Shown: positions 1 through 12,300 of the stretch, piece after piece
Position numbering within the stretch: position 1 is the first letter of the stretch
Layout: the number at the start of each line of letters is the position of its first letter
Assembly: GCF_004010195.1 (NCBI RefSeq)
Contig: NC_057718.1
Coordinates: 25,237,261 to 25,301,260, forward strand
Direction of reading: 5' to 3'
Origin: Chiloscyllium plagiosum
Taxonomy: Eukaryota
Length of the DNA: 64,000 nt
The notes under the pieces: generated by a model
Told to the model about the DNA's origin: nothing
Database searches by the model: none
What the model saw: the letters and a program-made list of their open reading frames with translations, nothing else
Translations under genes and position numbers: made by a program

Positions 1-155
1 GGAAAGAAAGAAGTGGAGGGCTTTGAGTCCTTCGTGATGGGGGATGGAGGTGTACAGGGACTGGATGTCCATGGTGAAGATAAGGCGTTGGGGACCGGGG
101 AAGCGAAAATCATGGAGGTGGAAGATATGGGTGGTGTCCCGAACGTAGGTGGGGT
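1..155 (-). mobile_element. Penelope-like element, reverse transcriptase fragment (runs off window start)
   Basis: Minus strand reads PTYVRDTTHIFHLHDFRFPGPQRLIFTMDIQSLYTSIP, the Penelope RT motif D..SLYTSIP. Confidence 0.85.
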
Positions 156-262
156 ATTCCATAATAATCCTGACTTTTGCTTGTAGATGATGGACAAACT
201 TTGTGGAAGTGAGTTACTTAGTTTCTAGCCTCTGACCTTCTTTTGTAGCCAAACTATTTTCA

Positions 263-1003
263 TGGAGAAAATGAGGACTGCAAAAGCTGGAAATCAGTTA
301 AAAGGTGTTGGAAAAGCACAGCTGGTCAGGCAGCATCCGAGCAGCAGGCGAGTCGACATTTCGAGCATCAGCTCTTAATCAGGAATGTGGGAGTGCCCAA
401 GGGGGCTGAGAATTAAATGGGAGGGGCGTGGGGCTGGAGGGGAGGTGGCTGGGAATATAATAGGTAGATGAAAGTGGGGGGGTGATGCTGATAGTTCGGA
501 GCAGAGGGTGGAGCGGATAGATGGGAAGGAAGATGGACAGCTAGGACAGTTCAAGAGGGCGGTGTTGAGTTGGAGGGTTGGATCTGGGATGAGGTGGGGG
601 AGGGGAGATGAGGAAAATGGTGAAATTGACATTGATGTCATGTAGTTGGAGAGTCCCAAGGCGTATGATTAGACATTCTTCCTCTAGGCTTCCGGTGGCG
701 AGACTTTGGTGGTGGAGGAGCCTCAGGACTTGCAAGTCCTTGGTGGACTGGGAGGGGGAGTTAAATGTTTGGCCGCAGGGTGTTGGGGTTGTTTAGCCCC
801 TGTGTCCCAGAGATGTTCTCTGAAACATTCCTCAAATTGGCATTCTGTCTCCCCAGTGTAGAGGAGACCACATTGAGAGCAATGGATACAGTAGATAACT
901 TGTATGGAGGTGCAGGAAAATCTCTGCCAGATTTGGAATGATCCTTTGGGATGGAGGTGAGGAGATGGTCAGGCAGCATCCCTTGCTGTGGTGGCAAGGG
1001 ACG
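263..1003 (-). mobile_element. Penelope-like element 3' part (GIY-YIG C-terminus plus pseudo-LTR), inserted in an old LINE remnant at about 160-1385
   Basis: ORF 541..735 contains LEEECLIIRLGTLQLHDINVNF. A terminal repeat with a decayed ctgattaa-gagc..gctc-gaaa motif lies at about 350-385. Confidence 0.75.
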
Positions 1004-1920
1004 GTGATCTGTCCAGTTCAGTTTCTGGTCAATGATAACACCCAGTGATGATGATGCAATTGAATGTCAAAGAGCAATAGTTAGAATCTCTCTTTTTGAA
1101 GACGGTCATTTTTTGACACTTTCATGATACAAATGTTACTTGCCAATTTTCAGCCCAACCTTATTGTCCAGGGCTTGCCTACTTGAGGAGCCAAGAATAC
1201 TGTTGAACATAATGATGTCATCTGTGAACATCTCCATTTTGGACTTTATGATGGAGGGAAGGTCACTGGTGAAGATGGTTTGGCCAAGGACATTATTTTG
1301 GGAATTCCTGGAGTTGCAATAGCTGACCTCAAATCACCAAAGCCACTTTTCTTTGTGACAGGAATGAATCCAAACTCATGTCCGTCACTCCAGAGTCCCA
1401 CACAGGGCGGCTGCTGGTCTGTCTCCTTCTTTGATTTCACTGCTCACTGCTTCTTTTAACCTCTGCTGTTGTTCCGGAGACTCACACACATCCACTGCTG
1501 GTTCATCTGCTTTAGCCTCACTTCACTTGCTTCTTTTGATGATGCTTTTTGACTGTTTCAGTGTCCTCACCACTCACTCTCCTCTCCAATGACCATACAG
1601 TGTGCATTTTTTAACTAAACAAAAATTTGGGGAGCAATCAATTTCTGGTGCATTTCTTATGATAATGTCATGACCATTAAGACTCAATTTGCTTGATTTG
1701 AACTTAAACAAAGCTTTTCAGCTCATTGTTCCCTGGTGCATTCTGAATGGTAACGACTATACCAATCTCAGTCCACTTGTCAACCAATCAGCATCCTATT
1801 CTAATGCAGGATAAGTTGTTGTTTCCTTCGAGATTTGGTATTCTTGTGATTTTGTCCTGATCAGTACAAGATGTAAAGCTTCTTTTCTAAGTAATACTCA
1901 AGTTTTATGCTACCAATTTC

Positions 1921-2192
1921 TTTGAATTTGAATTAAATTTATTGTCACATGTACCGAGGCACAGTGAAAAGCTTTGTCTTGCAAGTTATACAGGCCGATC
2001 ACATAGTTAAATAGCATAGATAAGTAAATAATAGACAAACAGCGGCAAAGCAAAAACACAGGTACAGGTGAATGCTAAGAGTTTGTGGGTTCATTCAGTA
2101 TTCTAACAACAGTAGGAAGAAACTGTTTCGAATCCGGCTGGTGCATGTGTTCAGGCTTCTGTGCCTTCTCCCCAATGGTACAGGTTGTAGAA
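1921..2192 (-). mobile_element. Rex1/Babar-type LINE 3' fragment
   Basis: Clearly homologous to 20461-20725 (same 3' UTR and aattc/aaattc-type tail). Confidence 0.8.
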
Positions 2193-2264
2193 TATGACTT
2201 ATTTGCAAGCTGTTTTGTGCATACATCATGCATGCAAATATCTTTCAATGTGTTTTTTCACCAG

Positions 2265-2395
2265 AACCAATGACTTACGATGAGTTTTATGATACCGTGC
2301 AAGATCTATTTAATGATGAATTGAAAGCTGAGTTCATAAAGGCATGTTTTAAGAAGATTAACATTGACGTGACAACACCCATTGACTGGTGTGAA
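2265..2395 (+). CDS. WDR64: WDR64 coding exon A (first exon in window; phase 1 to 0)
   Basis: Acceptor ttttttcaccag, donor GAA|gtaag. Encodes PMTYDEFYDTVQDLFNDELKAEFIKACFKKINIDVTTPIDWCE, similar to my recollection of the human WDR64 N-terminal region (YDKFY..VQKLF...DWCE). Confidence 0.92.
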
Positions 2396-2789
2396 GTAAG
2401 TTTTTATATCATTTTACATTATGCAGAAGTGACTTTAATTTTTTTCAAGCTGTTATGCCTTTTATTTCCATGGTATTTATGAGATCAATTTAAAGATATG
2501 TGGTTTTATTTCTTCCATTATTTCCGAACAAATGTCCTGACATAATGTTTTTAGTTACAAACTGGATATCAGTAACACAGAAAATGTGAGAAAACAGATG
2601 GCTGTAAGAGCTGCTCCTTTTTTGAGATATTTTAGGTGTTGGAGGTGATAGTGGGTTATGCTTCGGCGGGTCGGTGTGGACTTGTTGGGCCGAAGGGCCT
2701 GTTTCCACACTGTAATGTAATGTAATCTAATCTAATCTAAAAAAAATCTAATCTAATCCTCAAATTCCAGGAACAGCAATTACTGTTGA

Positions 2790-5700
2790 TATGCTGTTGG
2801 ATTGTTTTGGAACTTTGAGGAAAAAAAGTCAAAATAACAGCACTTTTAAAAGGAAGAAAGACAGACAAAAGGCAGCTGAGCATACGGTCAGAGTGTATGA
2901 GAGAGAGAGAAAGAAACCTACACTGCTAACCGACACAGCAGTGAATCTGCTCAGTTACTGCCTTTGCTATTTGAGTTCATGTATTCCTGGACATCGGAGT
3001 GCATCTAGGAAAAATGAACAAACAATGAAATTCACAGCTGACCTTGGAGGAACCTGTGTGGGAGAGATCACAGCACAGGAACAGACAAGTGCATATTTTT
3101 TAACATGTAACCTTGCTATAAGTCTACAGTAGTGAATAGCATGTGTTCTTTCTTGATTATATGGTTTATTGAAATCTGTCTCTTGATTAAATTTTAAAAA
3201 TATAAAACAAATGTACAAAGTAAGCCTGGAGCACTGTTTTTAGGGGATAAGGACGGTGTTATTTTCTGGGTCTGCAGATTGTGAAGGAGCAAAGATGGAC
3301 TTTAGTAGAGTGATATGCTTTTCATGTTGGATGTGTGAGTTTAGGAAGAGTTTCCATGTTACTGATGATTATGTCTGCAGGAAGTGCATTTGGTTGCAAA
3401 TCCTATTGGATCGCATATATTGGTGGAAGCGACATTTAGAGGCAATGAGGAATTTACAAGACCGAGGGGGTGTGATGGATGGCAGTTACAGGAAGGGAGA
3501 AAAGCCGCGGATACGGTCAGGTAGATGGGTTAACGCCAGGAAGGGTAGGAGGGGTAGCCAGGCAGTGCAGGACTCTCCTGTGGCTATCCCCATCTCAAAA
3601 ATATGCTGTTTTGGAAAATGTAGGGGATGATGGACTCTCAGGGGAATGCAGCACAAACAGCCAAGTTTCTGGTATTGAGACAGGCTCTAATGTAATGAGG
3701 GGTATGTCAGGATCCAAGCGATCAATTGTGATAGGGGCCTCTCTAGTCAGAGACACAGACAAACGTTTCTGCACCCACCAGCAAAAATCAGAATGGTGTG
3801 TTGCCTCCCTTGTAACAGGATCAAGGATGTCTCAGAGAGTTTGCAGAATGTTCTCAAAGGGAGAGGGACCAGCACGATGTCATTGTAGACATTGGAACCA
3901 ACGACATAGGAAGGGAAAAGGATGAGATTCTAAATGGAGAATATAGACAGGTGGGAAGGAATTTAAAAAGAAGGTCTTCAAGGGAGTAATATCTGGATTA
4001 TTCCCAGTACTACGAGCTAATGAGGGTAGGAATAGGAGGATAGAGCAGATAAATGTGTGGCTGCAGAGCTGGTGCATGGGAGAAGGATTCACATTTTTGG
4101 ATCATTGGAACCTCTTCTAGAGTAGAAGTGACCTGTGCAAGAAGGACGGATTGCACCTGAATTGGAAGGGGGCTAATATACTGGCAGGGAGATTTGCTAG
4201 AGCTACTTGGGAGGATTTAAACTAGTAAGGTGGCAGGGTGGGATCCAGGAAGATACTGAGGAAATAGATCAATCTGAGTCTGGTACAGTTGTGAAAGTGA
4301 GCAAGTCAAGCAGTCAGGGCAGGAAGGAACAAAGCAGAGAACAAGGTAGAATTGATAATTTAAACTGCATTTATTTCAATGCAAGAGGACTAACAGGGAA
4401 GGCAGATGAACTCAGGGCATGGTTAGGAACATTGGACTAGGATATCATAGCAAATACAGGAACATGGCTTAGGGATGGACAGGGCTAGCAGCTTAATGTT
4501 CCAGGATATAAATGCTACAGAAAGGACAGAAAGGGAGGCAGGAGAGGAGGGGGAGTGGCATTTTTGACAAGGGATAGTATTACAGCTGTACTTAGGGAGG
4601 ATATTCCTGGGAATACATCCAGGGACGTTATTTGTGTGGAACTGAGAAATAAGAAAAGGATGATCACCTTATTGGAATTGTATTATATACCCCTCCTAAT
4701 AGTCAGGGGGAAATTGAGAAATCAATTTGTAAGGAGATTTCAGTTTTCTGAAAGAATAATTGGGTGGTTATGGTCGGGGATTTTAACTTTCCATACGTAG
4801 ACTGGAACTGCCATAGTGTTAAGTGTATAGATGGAAAGGAATATGTTAAGTGCGTATAAGAAAATTTTCTGATTCAGTAAGTGGATGTACCTGCTAGAAA
4901 AGGTGCAAAATATGACCTACTCTTGGGAAATAAGGCAGGGCAGGTGACTAAGGTGTCAGTGGGGGAGCACTTTGGGGCCAGTGACCATAATTCTATTAGT
5001 TTTAAAATTGTGATGGAAAATGATAGACCAGATTGAAAAGTTGAAGTTCCAAGTTGGAGGAAGGCTAATTTTGACGGTATCAGGCAAGCACTTTCAAAAG
5101 CTGATTTGGGGCAGATGTTCGTAGATAAAGGGACAGCTGGAAAATGGGCAGCTTTCAGAAATGAGATATCGAGAGTCCAGAGATAGTATATTCCTGTTAG
5201 GATGTAAGGAAAGGCTGGTGGGTGTAGGGAATGCTGGGTGACTAAAGAAATTGAGACTTTGCTTCAGAAAAAGAAGGAAGAATATGACAGACATAGACAG
5301 CAGAGATCGAGTGAATCCTTAGAAGAGTATAAAGGCAATAGGAGTATACTTCAGAAGGAAATCAGGACAGCAAAGAGGGGACATATGATAGCTTTGGCAA
5401 ACAAAATTAAGGCGAATCCAAAGGGATTTTATAAAATACATTAAGGACAAAAGGGTAACCAGAGAGAGAATCGGGCCCCTCAAAGATCAGCAAGGCAGCC
5501 TAGGTGTGGAGCCACAGTAGATGTGGGAGATACTAAATGAATATTTTGCATCAATGTTTATTGTGGAGAAGGAAATGGAAGATATAGAATGCGTGGAACT
5601 AGATAGTGACATCTTGAAAAATGTCCATATTAAAAATTAGGGGGCGCTGGATGTCTTGAAATGCATAAAAGTGGATAAATCCCCAGGACCTGATCAGGTG

Positions 5701-7357
5701 TACTCCAGAACTATGTGTGAACCTTGGGAAGTGATTGCTGGGCCCTTGCTGAGATATTTGTATCATCAGTAGTCACAGGTGAGGTACCAGAAGACTGGAG
5801 GTGGCTAACATGGTACCAATATTTCAGAAAGGTGGTAAGGAAAAGCAAGGGAACTATAGACCGGTGAGCCTGATATTGGTGCTGGGCAAGTTGTTGGAGG
5901 GTATCCTGAGGGACACAATTTACGTGTATTTAGAAAGGCAAAGACTGATTAGGGAGAGTCAACATGGCTTTGTGCCTGGGAAATCATGTCTCATGAATTT
6001 GATTGAGTTTCTTGAAGAAGTAACAAAGAAGATTGCTGGGGACAGAGCTGTGAATGTGATATATATCGACTTCAGTAAGGCACTCGACAAGGTTCCCCAT
6101 GGGAGACTGGTGAGCAAGGTTAGATCTCATGGAATACAGGGAGAACTAGCCATTTGGATACAGAACTGGTTCAAAGGTAGAAGACAGAGGCTGGTGGTGG
6201 AGGATTGCTTTTCAGACTTGAAGCCTGTGACCAGTGGAGTGCCACAAGGACCGGTGCTGGGTCCGCTACTTTTTGTCATTTATATAAATTGATTTGGATG
6301 TGAACATAGGAACATGTGAACAGTTATTAAGTTTGCAGATGACAAAAAATTGGAGTTGTAGAGGACAGCAAAGAAGGTTACCTCAGATTACAACAGGATC
6401 TTGATCAGATGGGCCAATGGGTTGAGAAGTGTCAGATAGTATTTCATTTAGATAAATGTGAGGTGTTGCATTTTGGAAAAGCAAATCAGAGCAGGACTTA
6501 TACACTTAATGGTAAGGTCCTAGGGAGTGTTGCTGAACAAAGAGACCTTGGAGTGCAGGTTCATAGTCCCTTGAACGTTGAGTCATAGGTGGATAGGATA
6601 GTGAAGAAAGCATTTGATATGCTTTCCCTTATTGGTCAGAGCATTGAGTATAGGAGTTGGGAGGTCATGTTGCAGCTGTACAGGACATTGTTAGGCCATT
6701 TTTGGAATATTGCGTGCAATTCTGGCCTCCATCCTATTGGAAGGATGTTGTGAAACTTGAAAGGTATCAGAAAAGATTTACAAGGATGTTGCCAGGGTTG
6801 GAGGATTTGAGCTGTAGAGAGAGGCTGAGCAGGCTGGGCTGTTTTCCCTGGAGTGTTGGAGGCTGAGGGGTCACCTTATTGAGGATTATAAAATCATGAG
6901 GGGCATGGATAGGATAAATAGACAAGGTCTTTTACCTGGGGTCGGGGAGTCCAGAACTAGAGGGCGTAGGTTTAGGGTGAGAGGAGAAAGATATAAAAGA
7001 GACCTAAGGGGCTACGTTTTCATTAACAGAGTGGTACGTGTATGAAATGAGCTGCCAGAAGAAGTGGTGGAGGCTGGTACAATTGTAACATTTAAAAGGC
7101 ATCTGGATAGGTCTATGAATAGGAAGGGTTTAGAGAAATATGGCTAAGTGCTGGCAGATGGGACTAGATTAGGTTCGGGTATTTGGTTGGCATGGACAAG
7201 TTCCTAGTGAAGCAATATGCAAACCAGCTAAAAAGAAATGAAACACAAAAGTGGTGTGAAAGGCACAGGCACTTTCAAGAATTCAGTATACTCCCAAGCT
7301 GTGTTGTTGGTTGTTCGAATGGTCTGTTTCTGTGATGTAAATCTCTGTGACTCTGTG
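2790..7357 (+). mobile_element. Near full-length decayed CR1 (HER1-like) LINE with ORF1 (zinc finger plus SGNH esterase) and ORF2 (APE endonuclease plus RT); 5' boundary approximate
   Basis: ORF1 remnants: CFSCWM...CRKC, IVIGASLVR, GTND, DGLHLN. ORF2 remnants: LNCIYFNARGL, NYRPVSL, QHGF, DFSKALDKVPH, SGVPQGPVLGPLLF, KFADD. Multiple stops and frameshifts. Tail tctgtgactctgtg ends near 7357. Confidence 0.92.
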
Positions 7358-8117
7358 TATTTTATGGGAGGAGTAGTCACACAGCAGAGTGATTCACAGG
7401 GGCCAAGCCAAAATCTCAGAATGAAAATGGTTGAGCAGGAGCAGGTTAGAGGCTCACGACTGCAACTATTAAGAAAGCAAGGCATTCCTTATGTTAACTT
7501 ATGGCTGTTGTGATTTTCTAATCTTTTCCATTAGAAATTAACTTGTGTTAGCTGTTACAATTCGAGTTGAGATCAGTGACTTGAAAAAAAATGAATGTCT
7601 GTGGAATGTTAAAAAGTGGAATGACAAAATTCCACTTTTTAAAACTTCCATTGTAACAGTCAAAACCAAAATCAAAGAAGGTTGAATTGACGCAAAGAAT
7701 AGTTTTCAGTAGAAGCATTGAAGTTCCCTTTAACTTGTCAATGCAATGAAAGATTGCTTTCACAAATCCTTCTGTCTTACTTTCAGCACAAATTTGGGCA
7801 CTTTTCAAAATCTTAAAATCTTGCGGTACACAGGGCCTCTCCCTTTTTCCACTCACTGGATTAAGCTCATGAGTGGATTTCACTGGCAGCTTTGTTCCAT
7901 CTGAAATCTCTGGATGTGATCAACACTGACAAAGCATATTTCTACAAATCCACTCTCCCTCTCCCTGATGGTTCAGCCTCTTGGGGATTTTGTTCACTCG
8001 AACAACCAACAACACAGCTTGGGAGTATACTGAATTCTTGAATGTGCCTGAGCCTTTCACACCACTTTTGTGTTTCACTTCTTTTTAGCTGGTTTGCATA
8101 TTGCTTCACTAGGAACT
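7199..8117. repeat. 123-bp inverted repeat pair (7199-7321 and 7995-8117)
   Basis: The arms are reverse complements with 4 mismatches by manual comparison. Confidence 0.92.
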
Positions 8118-10343
8118 CAATGTGTCCTCATTTCTTCTGACACCCAATTATAAAAAAATGATTATAAAAATGATTACTTACAGCAAGCGTATGTTCTCTA
8201 CACCACAAGCTGATGATTTTTCCCACTCACACCCATCAATAAGCTTATAGTTGTGACTTTTGGTTACCTCTCTCATATCCCTATAGAAATAATAAATCAC
8301 TATGTTACCTCAGAAATTACCTCACATCTCAGACATTTAATTACAATGCCCCTTCCAAAAACAAGCTTTACTTTGGTCAGAAGAACATAGAAAAATAACG
8401 GCAGGTAGGCAAGAGGTGGAAGATTAATGAAGGAGTAAGGTGCCAACTGGGTGAGGAGCTGGGTGGCAGGTTGGTGAGATGGTAGGGTAGCAGGTCAGTG
8501 GGTGCGTGCTTAGGGTAGGTTGGGGATGGGATGGGTTGAGTTGGTAGTTGAGTACTGATGGAGTGGGTCCAGTCAATGGGTGTGTCATCTTGGGAACCAG
8601 CGAATTGAGTGAAGTCCAGTCAGGTCATGCGGTGGGGAACATTGGGCTTGAGAGTAGGAGGTAAGTATTGGTGAATGGTGGAAGGGAGCTCGGAGTGGTG
8701 GGCTGGGATGGGGGCGGGTCCGACAAGGTGAGTGTGCAAGTCGCATCCAGGTCTGGGTGAAGTCAAGAGTCATGTTGAGTGCAGTGGGGACAAGCATAGG
8801 ACTCGACACAGGGTGGGAGTGTAGTCAGTGGCTGAGCCTAGTGGGATCAGGTCAGGGATGAATCTTGTCAAGTTGGAGTATTGGGCATCAGATATCTTGG
8901 TGAGTTAAGGTGGGAGTGAAATCAGTATAATAGTTACCCAGGAAATAATGCCGGTTTTAATTCCTCTAATATTTCCTGGGATAGATATTAAGTGCTGTCA
9001 GCTGAAGCTCTCCAAAGTCCGTCTGACACTAACTTAGAGTTTGGAACTAGGTAATTACTCACAGGGAGTTTCAGCTTCCAGGGTAATTCTAGGGAGTCAA
9101 TCATGTCATATGCACATGGTCCTCGTACACAACTATCGCAATGCTACCATTGCAATGACTAACTAGTCCATTATGAAACAAAAGATATTGTTAGTGCAGG
9201 AGCAGAAATAGGAACTGGATTGAATATGCATACATGTTATTGAAGGTGCTAGGATAATTTGAGAGAACAGTCCATTAATTATACAGGATGCTGGATTTAG
9301 TCAATTGACAATAGATGACAAAGACAAAGAAATTATGTCAGACCTCTATAAAACACTGGTTCAGCTTCATCTGCAATATTGAGTAGAGTTCTCAGTGTTG
9401 GAAGGCCACTAGGTTTAGTGAGATTGGGAAGAATGAGGCCATGGAGGGGTTTAAGAATGTATTAAAACAAACTTTGCAAATCCCTGACCGTTAGTCACTG
9501 AGACGCGTAATCACAGCAGATTTCTAAGGTGGTGTTACTTTCCAGGCCAATCATCATCCACACTTGGAAATATACTGTAGTTTCTACAGTGCACCATATT
9601 TAGGAACATATTGGAAAGGATACAGAGGAGCTTTATTTATCTGGATGACATTTTGCATGAAGATTTTTGGTTATTTGGAGAGATTAGAGGACCCAGGACT
9701 GTTCTCCTGAGCGCAGTAGAATAAAAGGGGAGATCTATTTGAGATTTTTTTAAATTGCAGGGGGTTTCGGTAAGAATAAATATGGAAAACCTGTGCATTT
9801 GGCAATGGGTAATTAACCAGAGGACACAGGTTTAAAATAATTGGCAAAAGAATTAGAGGAAATGTAAAAAGAATTATTTTCACAGTAAATATTGCTAAGC
9901 TTGGCAATGCACCCCCTCAAATGTTGTGGCAACAGATTTCATAAGAATTTCAAACAGCAATCTTTCATGTGGTTGTAGGGAATTAACTTGCTGAGTTCTG
10001 CAGAAAAATCTGGAGTCTGGGGCTAAACTGAGCAGTTCTTTAAAGACACCCTGAACCAAAACAATAGGTTTTCCTCTCTGCTGTTTTGTCTATGATTCAA
10101 ATCAGGTGTTATAATGTGTAACACAGATTGAGGGCTTCTTACGGCAATGTGGAGAAGTCTTTTGTGAACTTTATGCTTGGACTGAGCTGAATTAATGCTG
10201 CAATAAGTTGTCATTTTCGTTTTGAAAAAATAAAATGTTTATCATCTGAACTATCTTTATCAGCTTTACAAGCCATGCATCAGAACAAAAATGGTAGGTG
10301 AGAAACGTGTATATTGTTAACACGTATGTTTTTTGTCATGCAG

Positions 10344-10437
10344 CTTTTTGGATATTTTCCATCAGATGAAAAGAGTATCATGGACATCCTGCCGATATTC
10401 ATGATTTCCAAGCGACAAAATATTGAAATGAGAGAAG
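10344..10437 (+). CDS. WDR64: WDR64 coding exon B (94 nt; phase 0 to 1)
   Basis: Acceptor ttttgtcatgcag, donor G|gtatgc. Encodes LFGYFPSDEKSIMDILPIFMISKRQNIEMRE and continues DWCE into (I/L)FGYF as in WDR64. Confidence 0.9.
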
Positions 10438-10734
10438 GTATGCAACGGTTTCTATAAAATGTAAACAGTTATTAAATTGTGTCTATACACATTTTGGCTT
10501 TTGCTACTGAGAAATAGCTAAATGTAACAACCCAACTTGCCATTTATAATAAATAAATTAGACTGAATTAGACACTGGTTTAGTGTTTCCATTAACAATA
10601 ATTACTCTGCAGTTCAGTTAGTCATGGTCAGGGGTGGGAAAAAAGGAAGGTGTGAAACAGGCAGAAACCTGAAAGCTGTGCATGAAGGAAAAAAAAAACA
10701 CTGTACGGCCAATTCATCCTTGTTTAAATGTGTT

Positions 10735-12000
10735 GAGGCAGTGGACGTGGTTTACTTGGATTTTCAGAAGGCTTTTGATAAGGTCCTACATAAGAGATTA
10801 GAATGCAATATTAAAGGGCATGGTATTGGGGTGAGTGAACTTATTGCAGACAAGAAACAAAAAGTAGGAATAAAAAGGTAATTTTCCGAGTGACAGTCGG
10901 TGACGAGTGGGTTACCACAGTGTTGCACCCCAGTTATTCACAATATATACTATTGATTTAGATTAGTGCTGTAAATGTAATAAATCCAAGTTTGCAGATT
11001 ACACAGAACTGGTGGGAAAGTGAGTTGTGAGGGAGATGCAGAGATACTTCAGTGTGATCTGGACAAGCAAGGTGAGTGGGCAAATGCATGGCAGATAAAG
11101 TATAATGTGAATAAATATGAGTTACCATTTGCTTAGCAAAAACAGTTGGAAGGCATATTATTATTTGGATTGCAATAGAATGGGAAATGGAGGAAATGTA
11201 AAGACATCTGAGTTGAGAGTGTGGTGCTGGAAAAGCACAGACAGTCAGGCAGCATCCGAGGAGCAGGACAGTCAATGTTTCCAGCATAAGCTCTTCATCA
11301 GGAAAGGCATCCAGGTATCCTTTCACAGTAGTCACTAAAGGGAAACACGAAGGTGCAGCAGGCGATGAAGACAGTAAATCGTGTGTTGGCTTCCACAGCA
11401 AGAGGATTCAAGTATAGGAACGGGGATGTCTTGCTGCAATTGTCCAGGTCCTTTGTGAGACCACAGCTGGAGTACTGTGTGCAGTTTGGTTTCCTTATCT
11501 GAGGAAGAATGTTGTGGCTACGGAGGAAGTGTAACAAAGGTTTACCAGACTGATTTGTGAAATGACAGGATTGAAATATGAAAAGATGCTAATCAGTTAG
11601 CAATATATTTACTGGCATTCAGAAAAATGAGGAAGGGGATCTCATTGAAAGCTATAAAATTTGAACAGGACTGGACAGGGTAAATGCAGGAAGGATGTTC
11701 CTGATGACTAGGGGATCCAGAACCCTGAGTCCCAGTTTAAAGATATGGTATAGGACTGTGATGAGGAGAAATTCATTTCCCAAGTGTGTTTTGAACCTAT
11801 GCAATTCTCTGCCACAGTGACCAAAACATGGCATGCTTGGAGGACAGAGTTAGATTTGGTTATTAGAATGAAAGGGATCAAAGGGAGAAAGTGGGAACAG
11901 AGTACTGAGTTGGATGATCAGCATGATTACGTTGAATTTTGGAGCAAGCTCAAAGGGCTGAGTGGCTGAAATCTGCTCCTGCTTTCAATGTTTCTATGTC
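10735..12000 (+). mobile_element. 5'-truncated CR1 LINE (RT to 3' tail), interrupted at about 11209-11302
   Basis: AVDVVYLDFQKAFDKV in ORF 10624..10881, RPQLEYCVQF, and a tttctatg tail. Confidence 0.85.
11209..11302 (-). mobile_element. Short Penelope pseudo-LTR insertion with hammerhead-like motif
   Basis: Minus strand CTGATGA-agagc-ttat-gctg-GAAAC. Flanked by aaagacatc/aaaggcatc (11200-11208, 11303-11311). Confidence 0.75.
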
Positions 12001-12004
12001 TCTG

Positions 12005-12300
12005 AAATGCTGTATAAAACGCTGCTACGAATTTACACACAGCAAGAGTGCACAAACAATGATGGGATATTGGTCAACTAATCTATTTTAGTAATGTTGG
12101 TTGGAGGTAGCTTGGAAAGTATACAGGACAGAACTCTTTTCCACCTCTTTGGAATAGTAAATGGCAACGTTTGCCTCTGTCAGAGAGGGTAGATGGCCGT
12201 CTTGGTTTAAGATTGAATATGAAACAGAACATGTCTGATAGTGCATCACTCTCTTCATTCCTGAGTAAAGTAGCCAACTAGAGTTTGTGCATTTTCTCAA
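12005..12300 (-). mobile_element. Old DeuSINE (SacSINE1-like) remnant
   Basis: Resembles the Deu-domain reverse complement (gagagggtagatgg..cttggtttaa..ctgatagtgcatcactc). Recognised by eye and heavily diverged. Confidence 0.5.

Noticed and set aside
2228..2482. ORF as a standalone gene, or ATG 2228 as the WDR64 start
   Set aside because: Similarity is confined to the exon between the AG at 2263-2264 and the GT at 2396. The expected N-terminal exon is not in the window.
7199..8117. Interpretation as a TIR DNA transposon or MITE
   Set aside because: No TSD, and the CR1 tail resumes immediately inside the left arm (7321-7357), which fits a templated insertion instead.
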